Source: a virus
Reading direction: 5' to 3' (one strand)
DNA length: 64,000 bases
IMG/VR virus record: IMGVR_UViG_3300044609_000960
Coordinates: 95,263 to 159,262 of that record
Shown here piece by piece: positions 20,184 to 30,699 of this stretch. Numbering within the stretch: the stretch's first letter is position 1; every line of letters begins with the position of its first letter. The notes under the pieces were generated by a model that saw nothing but the letters and a program-made list of their open reading frames with translations, was not told where the DNA came from and searched no databases. A program made the translations under genes and the position numbers.

Positions 20184-21469
20184 GGTGTATATAGATTGGT
20201 ATAGGTATATGTGAGTGGGCTAAAATCGTTGATAGATGTAAATGTTATTTGGAGGTTATACAACTTATATGAGATGATTCCAGAAGTGGGAACATATACC
20301 TCATTATCTGAATTTATTACATCTATATATGAGTAGATACATTTACCCAATGATTCTGATTCTTCACCAATAAACCCAGCACAAAATCCTTCGACATTGG
20401 CTGAATCTTTTAACATTAACTTTGTATCAAGTGTATTTATTGTCTTGACAAATGAGAATCCATAAAGTCTTCTCAAAAGATCTTGGTAGGATAGATTAGA
20501 TCCTAGAGGGAGGTTTATTGGATTGATGTATTCTTGTAATGAAACAAGAATCTCATTAGATCTAGATTCTATGTTTCCAGAAATTTCAGCTGGATCATAA
20601 TAGACCTCAATTACCATATCAATAGGAATTATCTCTGGTGGTAATATGGAGATATTAGTGCCTAAAGTAACTCTATTTCTTACAGACTCGATAATATACT
20701 GGAGTGTTGTATCTGACAGTTGTTTTCCATTATCATCACCAGCGCATATGACTATATTCCCAGACAGAGCAGAAGAGAGTTGATACCTTTCTTCGTATGT
20801 AAGAACTTTTATCAAGGATGCTTCTGGCGCTAGTACAGATACCTCATTCTGAAAGTCTAAAGCAGTAGTTAGATTTCTCCTGCTCAGAACTTCAAAGGCT
20901 CTTTTCTTCATCGAGTTAACAGACTCTAAGTCTTTGCCTCCAGTCGCAGCAGAGTTATTTCTTAGAAAATCTAACCCTACAAAACTTCTTTCAATTTTAT
21001 TGATTTCTCCTGCTCCGACATTATATACCGACCCCCATTTCTCTGAGCGACAAATAGCAGTGATGGAATCTTCCGACTCAAGAATCCTTACTTCCTCAAG
21101 GAGGGTAAAACTAAGACCATTATTTGCATATACTCTAGTCCCAGATGGTATAATTACAACTCTATTATACCCAGGTACTTTATAAAAACTCACATCAACT
21201 AACGCCCTTGCTCCTATCCTTCTTTGAATGCCTAATTGTCTTAACCATTGTAGACTAAATGCCTCGGGGAGATTGTTAAGATAATAAAGAAGTTCTGATT
21301 GGGCGAATGCTTGACCTTCACTAATTGCCGCTAGTGGTGAAGCCGGAGTAAAATCATTTAACTCACCTCCAGACTCAAGATTTATTCTGGTCTGAATTGC
21401 GCGTACTAATGCCGAAGTATTTCTACTATCGAGTTGGAGTGGTAGTATCGGACCGTAGATATTAGCCAT
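20180..21469 (-). CDS. Baseplate J-like protein
   Basis: DFTPASP, LGIQR, IPSGTRV, GxxYNV, ATGGKDLES, TALDF motifs. Confidence 0.88.
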   Translation of the reverse strand: MANIYGPILPLQLDSRNTSALVRAIQTRINLESGGELNDFTPASPLAAISEGQAFAQSELLYYLNNLPEAFSLQWLRQLGIQRRIGARALVDVSFYKVPGYNRVVIIPSGTRVYANNGLSFTLLEEVRILESEDSITAICRSEKWGSVYNVGAGEINKIERSFVGLDFLRNNSAATGGKDLESVNSMKKRAFEVLSRRNLTTALDFQNEVSVLAPEASLIKVLTYEERYQLSSALSGNIVICAGDDNGKQLSDTTLQYIIESVRNRVTLGTNISILPPEIIPIDMVIEVYYDPAEISGNIESRSNEILVSLQEYINPINLPLGSNLSYQDLLRRLYGFSFVKTINTLDTKLMLKDSANVEGFCAGFIGEESESLGKCIYSYIDVINSDNEVYVPTSGIISYKLYNLQITFTSINDFSPLTYTYTNLYTP

Positions 21470-22524
21470 TAGAATGTATTAGAGAATTTACGAGAAGACA
21501 TTGGCAATCCGTCTTCTTTATCAGAATTTAAAATTTTTGGAAGATTGGACGTATCGAAATAGTCCCCATTAGACATAGTAGCTGGGTCAAATGTTAAGAG
21601 ATTATTAATTCTAGGTCCGATGAGACTTATTTCATAAATATCCCTATCACTTTGAGAAAGACCAGCGATATTGGCCAAGTCCCCTAGAACTGAAGTAGCA
21701 TTCCAAATATCCGATCCAGAAAGAACAGAATTGATTTCTAGCGAAATATCTCTAAGAGACTCGGCTCCTGCGGGGTTGAATACTGACTCAAGGGACGTAT
21801 TCGATGGATAACCAACATATCCATCAATCACTGAGTTTTTAAATGTGACAGGGGTAGTAGAGGATGAAGTTTCGAATCCTGGATAAGCGATTTCAGAGAA
21901 ATATTTCTGAGGAGAAAGGTATCCGGTTGCAAAAGATACACCCCTATAATCCTTATCTAGATCAATACTTTGAGACAAAGATACGGTAGTATCTGGGGGT
22001 GGGGTGCTTATTTTATTCTTGGGATTATTACCTGCGATTTTTGCAATGAATGAAATATCTGGCCCTAATACCGGATCTGAATTAATTGACGATATTACAC
22101 CATCGGCCAAAGAGGACGTATTTTCAAATCCTACAAACAATTTATTAAAAGTTTTAAGAATGAAATCTTTTAAACCTTCTCCATATCGCGTACTAGAATC
22201 TATCTCTAGAGATAATTGTTTTGGTAATTTTTTAAAAATTTTTGTAATCCAATCTGCACCGAAAGTGCTATCAATATAATCCGCGAAAAAGTTATCTTGT
22301 TGATATCTAGATAATAAATAGTCTTTAATAGACTCAAAAAAGTAATCTTTCGATTCTAAAAAACTTTCAAAGATATCAGATGGTCTTTGGGAATCAAAAA
22401 TCTTTGTTGGTGAGTTACTTATTATCTGATTTTGAACCTCTCTGAATAGATCGGTGCTACCATATGCTACTGAGGCGAGCCCACTCAGCGTACTAAAATT
22501 ATCAGTAATATACCCTGTTTTCAA
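21469..22524 (-). CDS. Putative baseplate protein with LysM/gpX-like N-terminus
   Basis: TLSGLASVAYGS resembles gpX/gp53 LysM-like start; first gene of the baseplate operon; TTG start. Confidence 0.45.
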   Translation of the reverse strand: MKTGYITDNFSTLSGLASVAYGSTDLFREVQNQIISNSPTKIFDSQRPSDIFESFLESKDYFFESIKDYLLSRYQQDNFFADYIDSTFGADWITKIFKKLPKQLSLEIDSSTRYGEGLKDFILKTFNKLFVGFENTSSLADGVISSINSDPVLGPDISFIAKIAGNNPKNKISTPPPDTTVSLSQSIDLDKDYRGVSFATGYLSPQKYFSEIAYPGFETSSSTTPVTFKNSVIDGYVGYPSNTSLESVFNPAGAESLRDISLEINSVLSGSDIWNATSVLGDLANIAGLSQSDRDIYEISLIGPRINNLLTFDPATMSNGDYFDTSNLPKILNSDKEDGLPMSSRKFSNTF

Positions 22525-22602
22525 GGCGAATTTCCTTTGCTCTATTATAATTTAAACCTTAGTAATTAGATTAAAGATTATCAGACAAACCTCGTATTGT
22601 TG

Positions 22603-23154
22603 ATGGCTGAGGCAACATTCCAACAACTAACAACTTTGCTCCCTGGCGAAGAACCATTCATTGGTGATCTCGATGAGGGAGAACTTTGTATCAATGTTGC
22701 TGATGGAAGGATTTGGGCAGGGGATTCAATTTCTACCCCCATAGAACTCGGAGGAGCGGTTAAAAACCATCCAATGGGCCCACTAATTACTTCGAATTAT
22801 CTGGAGGTAGATGTAACATCTCCAGATAATTTACCAATCTCGAATACGAATCCGTTGGACATCCCCCCTGGGTACTATAGAGAACAAAGAATTCTTTTAA
22901 GATTTCCAGAAACCGAACTTGAGAACTTTACAACTTATTTCGACTACCCAGTGAACTGGGGCAGTGAGATAATTTGGAAAGCTTATTCCACAGGTTTTAC
23001 CTGGGGAGGTGGTGATGAGATTTTAAATCCAACGGCGGATAATCCTATTGATTTTTATAAAGCCCAAGGAAGAATCATCTTGGTAGAATTAAACTCTTTT
23101 GGTCCAAGTTCATATTGGATGGGAAGAGTTCTCTGGGTTAACTCTAATTCTTAA
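22603..23154 (+). CDS. Tail fibre-associated protein
   Basis: LDEGELCINVADGRIWAG fibre N-terminal motif; upstream of tail fibre; ATG at 22603 (track TTG 22597). Confidence 0.55.
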   Translation: MAEATFQQLTTLLPGEEPFIGDLDEGELCINVADGRIWAGDSISTPIELGGAVKNHPMGPLITSNYLEVDVTSPDNLPISNTNPLDIPPGYYREQRILLRFPETELENFTTYFDYPVNWGSEIIWKAYSTGFTWGGGDEILNPTADNPIDFYKAQGRIILVELNSFGPSSYWMGRVLWVNSNS

Positions 23155-23169
23155 TTTACGCCCTCGATC

Positions 23170-26100
23170 ATGTTAGATAAGATCCAGTTCCAGAACGGAA
23201 CGATTGTAACCAAAGAATATCTCAATGAGGTGCAGAAAGGCACGAGTTTTTCTGCGACAACAGGACGTGCCAATTTTTACGCCGAGCCTACAAACTCTGA
23301 GCATGCTGGTTGGTCAGTTGGTCAAAGAGACTCTGTCAAAGACTGGGAACTAGCTGATCCCAGAGAAGATAATGAAACAGCGGTAGGTAGGCTTGCTCAT
23401 GACGGTATTGTATTAAATTCCTATAATCCTACTACTGGGGCCAAGGTATGGGGTCCTCCTGCTCTTATTGAAACTGCACCTAATAGCGGAGTATATGGAG
23501 TCTGGGTAGAGGCAGGTAGTATCGTTCTTTCTGATGGACAACCTATCTCTTGGGGAGTTCAGTTTGTTCAGTTATTAAGTGGCGTAGAAGTAAACTATCT
23601 ATATATCTCAGAAGAAGGCGTAAGAAATAATATTGAAAATAACGAGGCTATAGAGATCTCGATTGATCCAGGCCTACCATCTGTCTCCGAGCCACATATC
23701 CCTCTTGCTAAATTAACCCTATCCGCTGATGGAACTTCTTTAGCAACCAATGAGGACGGCGAAGTTGCTGGAGTTGGTTATGTAGATCTTCGTCCTTCAC
23801 TATATATTGGTAATCTTAATACCTATCCCCGTACCCTACGTAACACAGAAACCAAAGAAGATTCTTATGTTGCAAAGGCATGGGAAAGAGTTATTGCTGA
23901 TACCTCGAATGGTTCATTAATTGTTTCTCTGCCTTCCAATCCCACAGATTCCGATCGTATTGCTATTGTTGATATTTCTGGGACATTCGATAGATTCCCT
24001 GTTGTCATCCGCCCAGGTGGAGACACAAAAATTAACAACTCAGTGGATGATTGGATTGTTAATATCCGTGATGCCCACCTAGAACTTTTCTATCACGGAG
24101 CTACTTCTGAATGGAAATTTGAGGAGACCCCCGGCGGAGATTGTAATCCCGTTCTTGGAACTTTCTTGAGTTGTGGTGGTAAGGAATTCATCGGCCAACG
24201 CCTAGCAACAGAATGTCCTGATGGTGATATCGTCCCCGTTACCTTCCCCAATACCCCAGATGGAGTATATAGATACGAGGCATCCACTCAGAAATGTTAT
24301 AAAGAATACTATCCTAAAGTTGCTGTATACGCCAATGGAGAGGGTGGTCTTATTTCAATTAATAATGCACCTCGTTGCTCTAAGGATTCTTCTTCGGAAA
24401 TCTCTGCTGCTTCAGTTAAGAATATCATCTATGTTGATCCGGCAGTTGGTGATGACTCATTGACCAATAGTGGCTTTGACTCTGATCGTCCTTTCAGAAC
24501 TATTGAAAGAGCACTTATCGAGGCGGTAAGAGAAAGTCGTAGGGCTGGGCAATATAACGATCGTTACGATAGAGTGATGATTGAGTTGGCTCCTGGTGAC
24601 TATTATGTAGACAACTCACCAGGTGTGAGCAGTGTGCCTTCTCTCTCAGCCAATAATGGTTTGATTCAGAGAGTATTTACTGGATTTACAGTTCTTCAGG
24701 TTATCGAAGCTGATAGATCGATTAGAATTGATATCGATGCGCTCGATCCTACTCTCACCCAACCGCCTAAGTCTTTAAATCTCGGAAGAATTCTATATTC
24801 CCAGAGTGGTGGTGTAGGTAATGTAGTTAAAGTAGAAAAGCAGACCCTTAGTTCGTCACTTTGGACAATTACTCTAGAGTATGTAAGAGGAACATTCGCG
24901 TTCAACGATGAACTATACTACGATAATCTATCAGTAGTTAACCCATCAACCGGTGGTCTAGTAGTCCCTAGAGGTATTTCGGTTGATGGTGTGGATCTTC
25001 GTAAGGTCCGTGTAAGACCAATGTATGTACCTGAGTTGACTCCTACGGAGATTGAACCTCAGACAAAGAGAACCGCAATCTTCAAGGTGACTGGTGGTAC
25101 ATACATTTCACTTCTAACCTTTACTGATAACCCTCAGTACGCAAGAACCCATAACACAGTCACCTCAGTAACATTTGCTTCAGAAGCAGAGATTTTTGGT
25201 TCTGGAGATGAAGTCTCCTATTACTCCAAACTTAATTCTCTATTCAATTCATTTGATGGTTGGGGCAATGAAGGTCTTGAGCCAATCCGTGCAGAGACCA
25301 CTATCGTTGCTCCTATCGCACCTTCTAAGAGCCTGCGCCAAAATGACCTAGAGGAGAATCAAACTGGTCTCCCTGGAGCCGACTCCAGAGACCTAACTTC
25401 TGTCTCTTATCCTGGACCTACTCGTCTTATCCGTAAAGATTCTTCAGGTAGTCAATTATTTGGTCTTCCTGACATCAACTCGACCAGATCATCCTCGCCA
25501 TATGTCTTCAATTGCTCGGTAAGATCGATCTTCGGCCTTAATGGTATGTGGGCAAATGGAGCTTTAGTTTCTGGCTTCAAGTCGATGGTGACTGCCAACT
25601 TTACTCAGGTATCACTCCAGACCGATCCTAATTGCTTCAATGATCAAGGATACTATCTCGATCCCCCAACAAATAAGGAAACAGGTCAAGGTAAGCAATA
25701 TCGCGTAAGCCCTAACGATCGCTTTAAGTATCGTCATTGGGGATTTAGAGGAAGTAACGACTCAACAATTCAAATTGTGTCTTGCTTTGTTATTGGTAAC
25801 TCTGATCACTTTATCTCTGATAGTGGAGCTGATTTATCAATCACTAACTCCTGTTCTGACTTTGGTGATATCTCACTAAGAGGTATTGGGTATAAAGCTA
25901 ATCCATTTAGCCAAGACGAAGGTATCCCAGGACCCGGTTATCTTGGTACAAGACTTTCTCAGGTCATTCCTCCTCTTCCTTTAAAGTACGCCTGTAAGAA
26001 AGATCTTCAAGGTAATGTAATTGATAATGGTAATTGTTTTACTAATCGCCAACCAACTCTAGTTGATACTGAAATCAATACGAGTTTGGTAATTAATTAT

Positions 26101-28155
26101 GAAAAGACTGAAACTTATATTCTAGCAAATGCTGTTGGATTTAATGCTCCTAGTATCTTAAGAGTATATTTTGATAATGCTGATAATGCCAATCCATTTA
26201 CTCTGGAGAATCCTCCATCAGCAGATATAGCTGCCTTTGGACAATTCTCTTATACTAAAAAGAATCTTGAAGGACAATATATTCATGCTGGTGGCACAAG
26301 TTATATAAATAGAAGAAGAGTATATATCAACGGATTTGATGAAGACGGTAATTCTGTCGTCTACTCCGGTGAAATTCAAATCTCTACTACTGCAACGCCT
26401 GGATTTGAAAAATTAGATGATAGATCTAAGGTTTTCGCTTGGGACGCAACTGCTTCTTCTTGGTATATTTCTCTCAAAACAAATGATATCGTAGAAGAGA
26501 CTGTAGATGAAGATGGAGATGGATATCTCCTCAAGAAACTTGATTATGCATTCCGATTTAAACTAGCTCCAGGTACAGCACCTAACCAAGCTATACGGGA
26601 CATCGACTTTATCTTCGATCGTTCTGCGATCAAAATCATTCGTGGTATCGACTCAAGAAAGAACGATGATCGAGTTTATAGAGTAATTCTTACCGGATTT
26701 GATAAGAGTCTCGGTATCCGTCGTCCTCAACCATACTACGTACTTGAGAAGCAGGCATCCTCGGCCGGATTCCCTCTTAATGGTTCACCGGATCTTATCG
26801 AAGATCCTCTCATCATTACTCAGATTCGTACCTATAATGAGGTATTTAGACCCGGCATAACTTCTCCATTAGACCAAGATAAATTTGTTACTTATCTTAC
26901 TACCGGCAGTGTAGCTCGTCAGGTATTTAGTGGAGATGTATTCCCTTCTGTCGATCTTGATGAACCTGAATTGACTGAAGATCCAGCAGATTCTATTACA
27001 AAGATTGCTCTTCAGCAACTCAAGGAAAGACCCGGAGTAGACTTTGAAAGAGAGATAACTCCATCAACGGAAAGATTTAATATCAAACTCCGTGCAAATA
27101 GCACCGATGTAGGTATCCTTATTAACCTCCGTCGTCCTTCTGTAATTAGAGCCTCTAATCATACTTGGGAATGGACAGGTTATCTTAACTATGATACTGC
27201 CTTCCCAACATTCCAAGGTGATCCTCTAGAAGCTGAATTTGCTTTAGGTAAAATTATCGTTGAAGAAAGTGGTGGTAGAGTTTATGCCACTGGGATGAAT
27301 GAAGAGGGTAGTTACTATATCGGCACTACAGTATTCGATCTTCGTTCTGGTGAGCAATTCGCTATCCCGCTTAAGGCTGATACTGAGCCCGGTAATGTAA
27401 CCAACCAGGTACTTAATAATGTAATTGTTAAGAATACTCTCCTCATGGCAGATGATAGTAAGATTATCTTCCAAGATGGTACTCAGATTATCCTTAATAA
27501 GAATACTGAAATTGTATCTAATGTAGGTCCTATTACCGCCGGTGATGGTTCTAAGTCCTATGGTACTACGGATTTCGCTGGTCTTGTTCAGTTAGCTAAA
27601 CGTGAGGATATCGAGGGTGCTAGAAACCTTATCGGACTTAAAGGGGTTTCAGACAAGGTAGTTGTATCGGCCCTTCAACTTGCTCAAGAATTTGAGACTA
27701 GACTCTCTGGATTTATTAGTGCAGGTACTGGCGTAACTGTCCAAGTTACACCTAATAATGCTGGTACAGAAGACGAGGCGGATGACTTTAATACTTATGC
27801 AGTGTCTATTGGCCAAGACGTTGCCACTACTGCTAATGTTACATTCAATAGTGTCACTGCTGCTGCTGATATTTGTGCTTTCTCTGATATTAGATTAAAG
27901 CAGAATGTTCTCTCGATTGATAACTCATTAGCTAAGATCGAAGGTCTTCGCGGTGTCTCCTTTGAGTTAAAGAATGATCCCGGTGTCCCTCATCTCGGAC
28001 TTATTGCCCAAGAGGTTAAGGATGTTGTACCAGAGGTGGTGCATCATGACGATGCCACTGATATGTATAAAGTATCATATCAATCATTAATTCCTGTGCT
28101 AATCGAGGCAATTAAAGAACTATCAGATCGCGTTAAGAAACTCGAGGAGAAGTGA
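23170..28155 (+). CDS. Tail fibre/tailspike with C-terminal S74 intramolecular chaperone
   Basis: 1661 aa; IYVDP..GDD...PFRTIERA beta-helix cap; C-terminal SDIRLK...GLIAQEV...LIEAIKEL. Confidence 0.88.
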   Translation: MLDKIQFQNGTIVTKEYLNEVQKGTSFSATTGRANFYAEPTNSEHAGWSVGQRDSVKDWELADPREDNETAVGRLAHDGIVLNSYNPTTGAKVWGPPALIETAPNSGVYGVWVEAGSIVLSDGQPISWGVQFVQLLSGVEVNYLYISEEGVRNNIENNEAIEISIDPGLPSVSEPHIPLAKLTLSADGTSLATNEDGEVAGVGYVDLRPSLYIGNLNTYPRTLRNTETKEDSYVAKAWERVIADTSNGSLIVSLPSNPTDSDRIAIVDISGTFDRFPVVIRPGGDTKINNSVDDWIVNIRDAHLELFYHGATSEWKFEETPGGDCNPVLGTFLSCGGKEFIGQRLATECPDGDIVPVTFPNTPDGVYRYEASTQKCYKEYYPKVAVYANGEGGLISINNAPRCSKDSSSEISAASVKNIIYVDPAVGDDSLTNSGFDSDRPFRTIERALIEAVRESRRAGQYNDRYDRVMIELAPGDYYVDNSPGVSSVPSLSANNGLIQRVFTGFTVLQVIEADRSIRIDIDALDPTLTQPPKSLNLGRILYSQSGGVGNVVKVEKQTLSSSLWTITLEYVRGTFAFNDELYYDNLSVVNPSTGGLVVPRGISVDGVDLRKVRVRPMYVPELTPTEIEPQTKRTAIFKVTGGTYISLLTFTDNPQYARTHNTVTSVTFASEAEIFGSGDEVSYYSKLNSLFNSFDGWGNEGLEPIRAETTIVAPIAPSKSLRQNDLEENQTGLPGADSRDLTSVSYPGPTRLIRKDSSGSQLFGLPDINSTRSSSPYVFNCSVRSIFGLNGMWANGALVSGFKSMVTANFTQVSLQTDPNCFNDQGYYLDPPTNKETGQGKQYRVSPNDRFKYRHWGFRGSNDSTIQIVSCFVIGNSDHFISDSGADLSITNSCSDFGDISLRGIGYKANPFSQDEGIPGPGYLGTRLSQVIPPLPLKYACKKDLQGNVIDNGNCFTNRQPTLVDTEINTSLVINYEKTETYILANAVGFNAPSILRVYFDNADNANPFTLENPPSADIAAFGQFSYTKKNLEGQYIHAGGTSYINRRRVYINGFDEDGNSVVYSGEIQISTTATPGFEKLDDRSKVFAWDATASSWYISLKTNDIVEETVDEDGDGYLLKKLDYAFRFKLAPGTAPNQAIRDIDFIFDRSAIKIIRGIDSRKNDDRVYRVILTGFDKSLGIRRPQPYYVLEKQASSAGFPLNGSPDLIEDPLIITQIRTYNEVFRPGITSPLDQDKFVTYLTTGSVARQVFSGDVFPSVDLDEPELTEDPADSITKIALQQLKERPGVDFEREITPSTERFNIKLRANSTDVGILINLRRPSVIRASNHTWEWTGYLNYDTAFPTFQGDPLEAEFALGKIIVEESGGRVYATGMNEEGSYYIGTTVFDLRSGEQFAIPLKADTEPGNVTNQVLNNVIVKNTLLMADDSKIIFQDGTQIILNKNTEIVSNVGPITAGDGSKSYGTTDFAGLVQLAKREDIEGARNLIGLKGVSDKVVVSALQLAQEFETRLSGFISAGTGVTVQVTPNNAGTEDEADDFNTYAVSIGQDVATTANVTFNSVTAAADICAFSDIRLKQNVLSIDNSLAKIEGLRGVSFELKNDPGVPHLGLIAQEVKDVVPEVVHHDDATDMYKVSYQSLIPVLIEAIKELSDRVKKLEEK

Positions 28156-28158
28156 TAG

Positions 28159-30276
28159 ATGTCTGCAAAGTTTACAACTTCTGGTAACATCAAAGTTGAT
28201 GCTGGTATCCAGTACGTAAAATTACGGATGGATATTAGTTGGAATGATAGCGCAGCTACTTATGGCATTGCTTTAAAAAGTCTCTCATTTTCAGCAGATA
28301 ATAGGACCATAGAATGGTCCAGAGATGATAGTAATGAGTCTGGGAGCGCAGACCGTACATTTAATATTTCCGGGCAACAAAGCGGTGCAACAGAAGTAAG
28401 TATTAATTATCAGTCTCAAGGTACATCTTTAAATGTAGTAAAGCAAAGTGATAAAAAAATAATATTTTTAGATGGTGATGGTAGTGATGCAAATGCTACC
28501 ATAACTCTATCAATATTAGAAAATGTTCCTTTCTCTGCCACTCCTCCTCCAGTAGTTCCTCCAGGTGGTGGTTTTACTCCCGCTCCCCCGTTAGATTGCC
28601 CCCCAGGCCCTTGGTCAGATCCCAATATTCCTCCACCTTGTGGGGCTCCTCCTAGTGGTATTTCCTCGTCTGATGGATTGCAAATATCCATAACTGGACA
28701 AAATCAGATCACTCTTAATCTAAAAAATTACGTAAATAAACTTGTGAGTTTAAAAATAACTCATCAGGTAGATGCGGCCTGGACACAAAGTTTTAGTTTT
28801 AATATTCCTAATTGCTCGGATATTAGTCCTGATACAGGCGGGGCACCATACTCTAAAGGGGCGTATTCTAATTCAAATATCACGGGTACTAATGTATTCT
28901 ACGTATATAATATAGATGGAGGAAATAATAACTACGTATTTAATCATAGTTCTATTGCTGGTCCGGCCCCTACCCGCCAACTCTACTCAAAACAATGCAC
29001 TACAACTTGTGATGAAGAAGGGAATTGTGTTGAGACTTGTGTCTGTGTACCATCTGGTATAGAGACTTTTGGTCCTTGGCCATATTGCAATACTGGCGTG
29101 GCCATATCAAAAAATGGTGGGGATAAAGTACAATGGCAATATGAAGATGGTGGTGGTGGAAGTTATGATGATCAATATGTCACCGTAGAAGTTATTGGAG
29201 TAAGAAATGCCATTTCGTCGGTTGGAGCTATTTGTACCTCAGCTTTAAAGGCAAATGTATGGATTCCAGATTCTACTCAAGCGGGAATAGTAGGAAACTG
29301 TATCGGAAATTATAAAAACCATTCACAAAAAATCAGATTTAGAATCCCATCTTTAAAAGTTTCTAAGACTACTTTTTCAGATCCGGTGTGTAGTTCAAGT
29401 TTTAGAGGTGTTGCTGGAGCCGTTCCACCGAGCCAACAACTTGGTAGTTTAAGTTCAGAGTACTCAGTCTTACATCTTTTCAATGATGATTTTTATACAA
29501 CAACATCATTGATATCTGGCAATGGAATTATCGTAACACCTCAGAATCTTGATGATGACTACCATAGTCCGTTTAATGAGGCAAATCCACAATCTAATAC
29601 CAATCTTGGGACCTTAGATAGGAGATATTACACTGTCCAATTTACTGATGGAACTCAGGTAACTCCGGGCGCACAAAATATAGGGGTTACTGTGGGGCAG
29701 AATGTAACTGCTGGTGGATTGAATACTAATATCACTCTATTTAAAAAAGAACAAGTAAATACAAATACTATGAGAGTGTGGTTCTACACTTCTTATAGTG
29801 AAAATGTTCAATTTACTAATGATATAATTCATGTATTTGATGATGATCAAAATACAACAAATACCGCACTATCAAAACTAGTAAATCCCGGTAGTATTAT
29901 TATTACCCCACAAAGTTTAACTGATCCCGGTAATGGTACTGCAGGATTTGAAACTTTGAACCAAACAAATAAAAAACATTATTTAATTACATTCTCTGAT
30001 GACACCATAGTACAAACTGGTGGTACTAATATAGAAATAGATGTTAATAGAAATCTAACGGCTAGCGGATTAACAGTGCCTGGTTTTGTGTCTAAAAAAG
30101 AGAGAGTTGACGACAAGAACCTAAGGGTATGGTTTACTTGGTACTATGCAGATAGACCAGTTGGATTAGAAAATGATAACGGATTTGCCAGAGACTGGAG
30201 TGTAAGAAGAATTAAACCTGAAAACTCTTCTGGTAATGTATTTGTTCGTAACTGGTATTTAAGTAAAATTAACTAA
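28159..30276 (+). CDS. Putative virion structural/receptor-binding protein
   Basis: 705 aa, beta-rich, Pro-rich linker, Cys cluster, EDGGGGSYDD, duplicated C-terminal domain. Confidence 0.55.
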   Translation: MSAKFTTSGNIKVDAGIQYVKLRMDISWNDSAATYGIALKSLSFSADNRTIEWSRDDSNESGSADRTFNISGQQSGATEVSINYQSQGTSLNVVKQSDKKIIFLDGDGSDANATITLSILENVPFSATPPPVVPPGGGFTPAPPLDCPPGPWSDPNIPPPCGAPPSGISSSDGLQISITGQNQITLNLKNYVNKLVSLKITHQVDAAWTQSFSFNIPNCSDISPDTGGAPYSKGAYSNSNITGTNVFYVYNIDGGNNNYVFNHSSIAGPAPTRQLYSKQCTTTCDEEGNCVETCVCVPSGIETFGPWPYCNTGVAISKNGGDKVQWQYEDGGGGSYDDQYVTVEVIGVRNAISSVGAICTSALKANVWIPDSTQAGIVGNCIGNYKNHSQKIRFRIPSLKVSKTTFSDPVCSSSFRGVAGAVPPSQQLGSLSSEYSVLHLFNDDFYTTTSLISGNGIIVTPQNLDDDYHSPFNEANPQSNTNLGTLDRRYYTVQFTDGTQVTPGAQNIGVTVGQNVTAGGLNTNITLFKKEQVNTNTMRVWFYTSYSENVQFTNDIIHVFDDDQNTTNTALSKLVNPGSIIITPQSLTDPGNGTAGFETLNQTNKKHYLITFSDDTIVQTGGTNIEIDVNRNLTASGLTVPGFVSKKERVDDKNLRVWFTWYYADRPVGLENDNGFARDWSVRRIKPENSSGNVFVRNWYLSKIN

Positions 30277-30593
30277 TGATAACCTCGATATCATCTTCTT
30301 CTGGGCGTAAAGCCCGACCACCAAAATGGTGGGGGAAGTTAGTAGATACTATTCCCCGCCTAGAGTTGCCATGGCTCAGACCCCAAACCTGGACACCGGA
30401 ATTGGCTCAGAAGTGGATGAGAAGTATCCCATCAAAGTGCCCATTTGAACGTCAATGGTGGGTGGGGGATAGACTGATTCTCTTCATCCCAGCACTCTGC
30501 TCTCTCAATCCCCTCTCCACCCAACTCTACTCTCTACGCCTTGAAGCCCAGACGTACCTGGCCAGACTTGAGGTCGATGAAAAATCAGTTTAA
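30276..30593 (+). CDS. Mo-nitro_C-like (cyanobacterial 'Mo-dependent nitrogenase C-terminal') protein
   Basis: IPSKCPFER...IPALCSLNPL..QL..LR..A..YLA matches the cyanobacterial family signature. Confidence 0.8.
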   Translation: MITSISSSSGRKARPPKWWGKLVDTIPRLELPWLRPQTWTPELAQKWMRSIPSKCPFERQWWVGDRLILFIPALCSLNPLSTQLYSLRLEAQTYLARLEVDEKSV

Positions 30594-30699
30594 AGAAATG
30601 TATCCAGATTTGGACCTGAAATCCAATTCTGTGATAGAATATCCAAGTGAGCAAAGAGAGATCTTTCCTCCAAGAGACCCTTACTAAGAGAATTTTAAA

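Noticed and set aside
15120-22524. Bacterial eCIS/tailocin locus
   Set aside because: Terminase and phage replication genes present, no host housekeeping context
30276-30593. Nitrogen fixation gene
   Set aside because: Family name only; no nifHDK-like sequence
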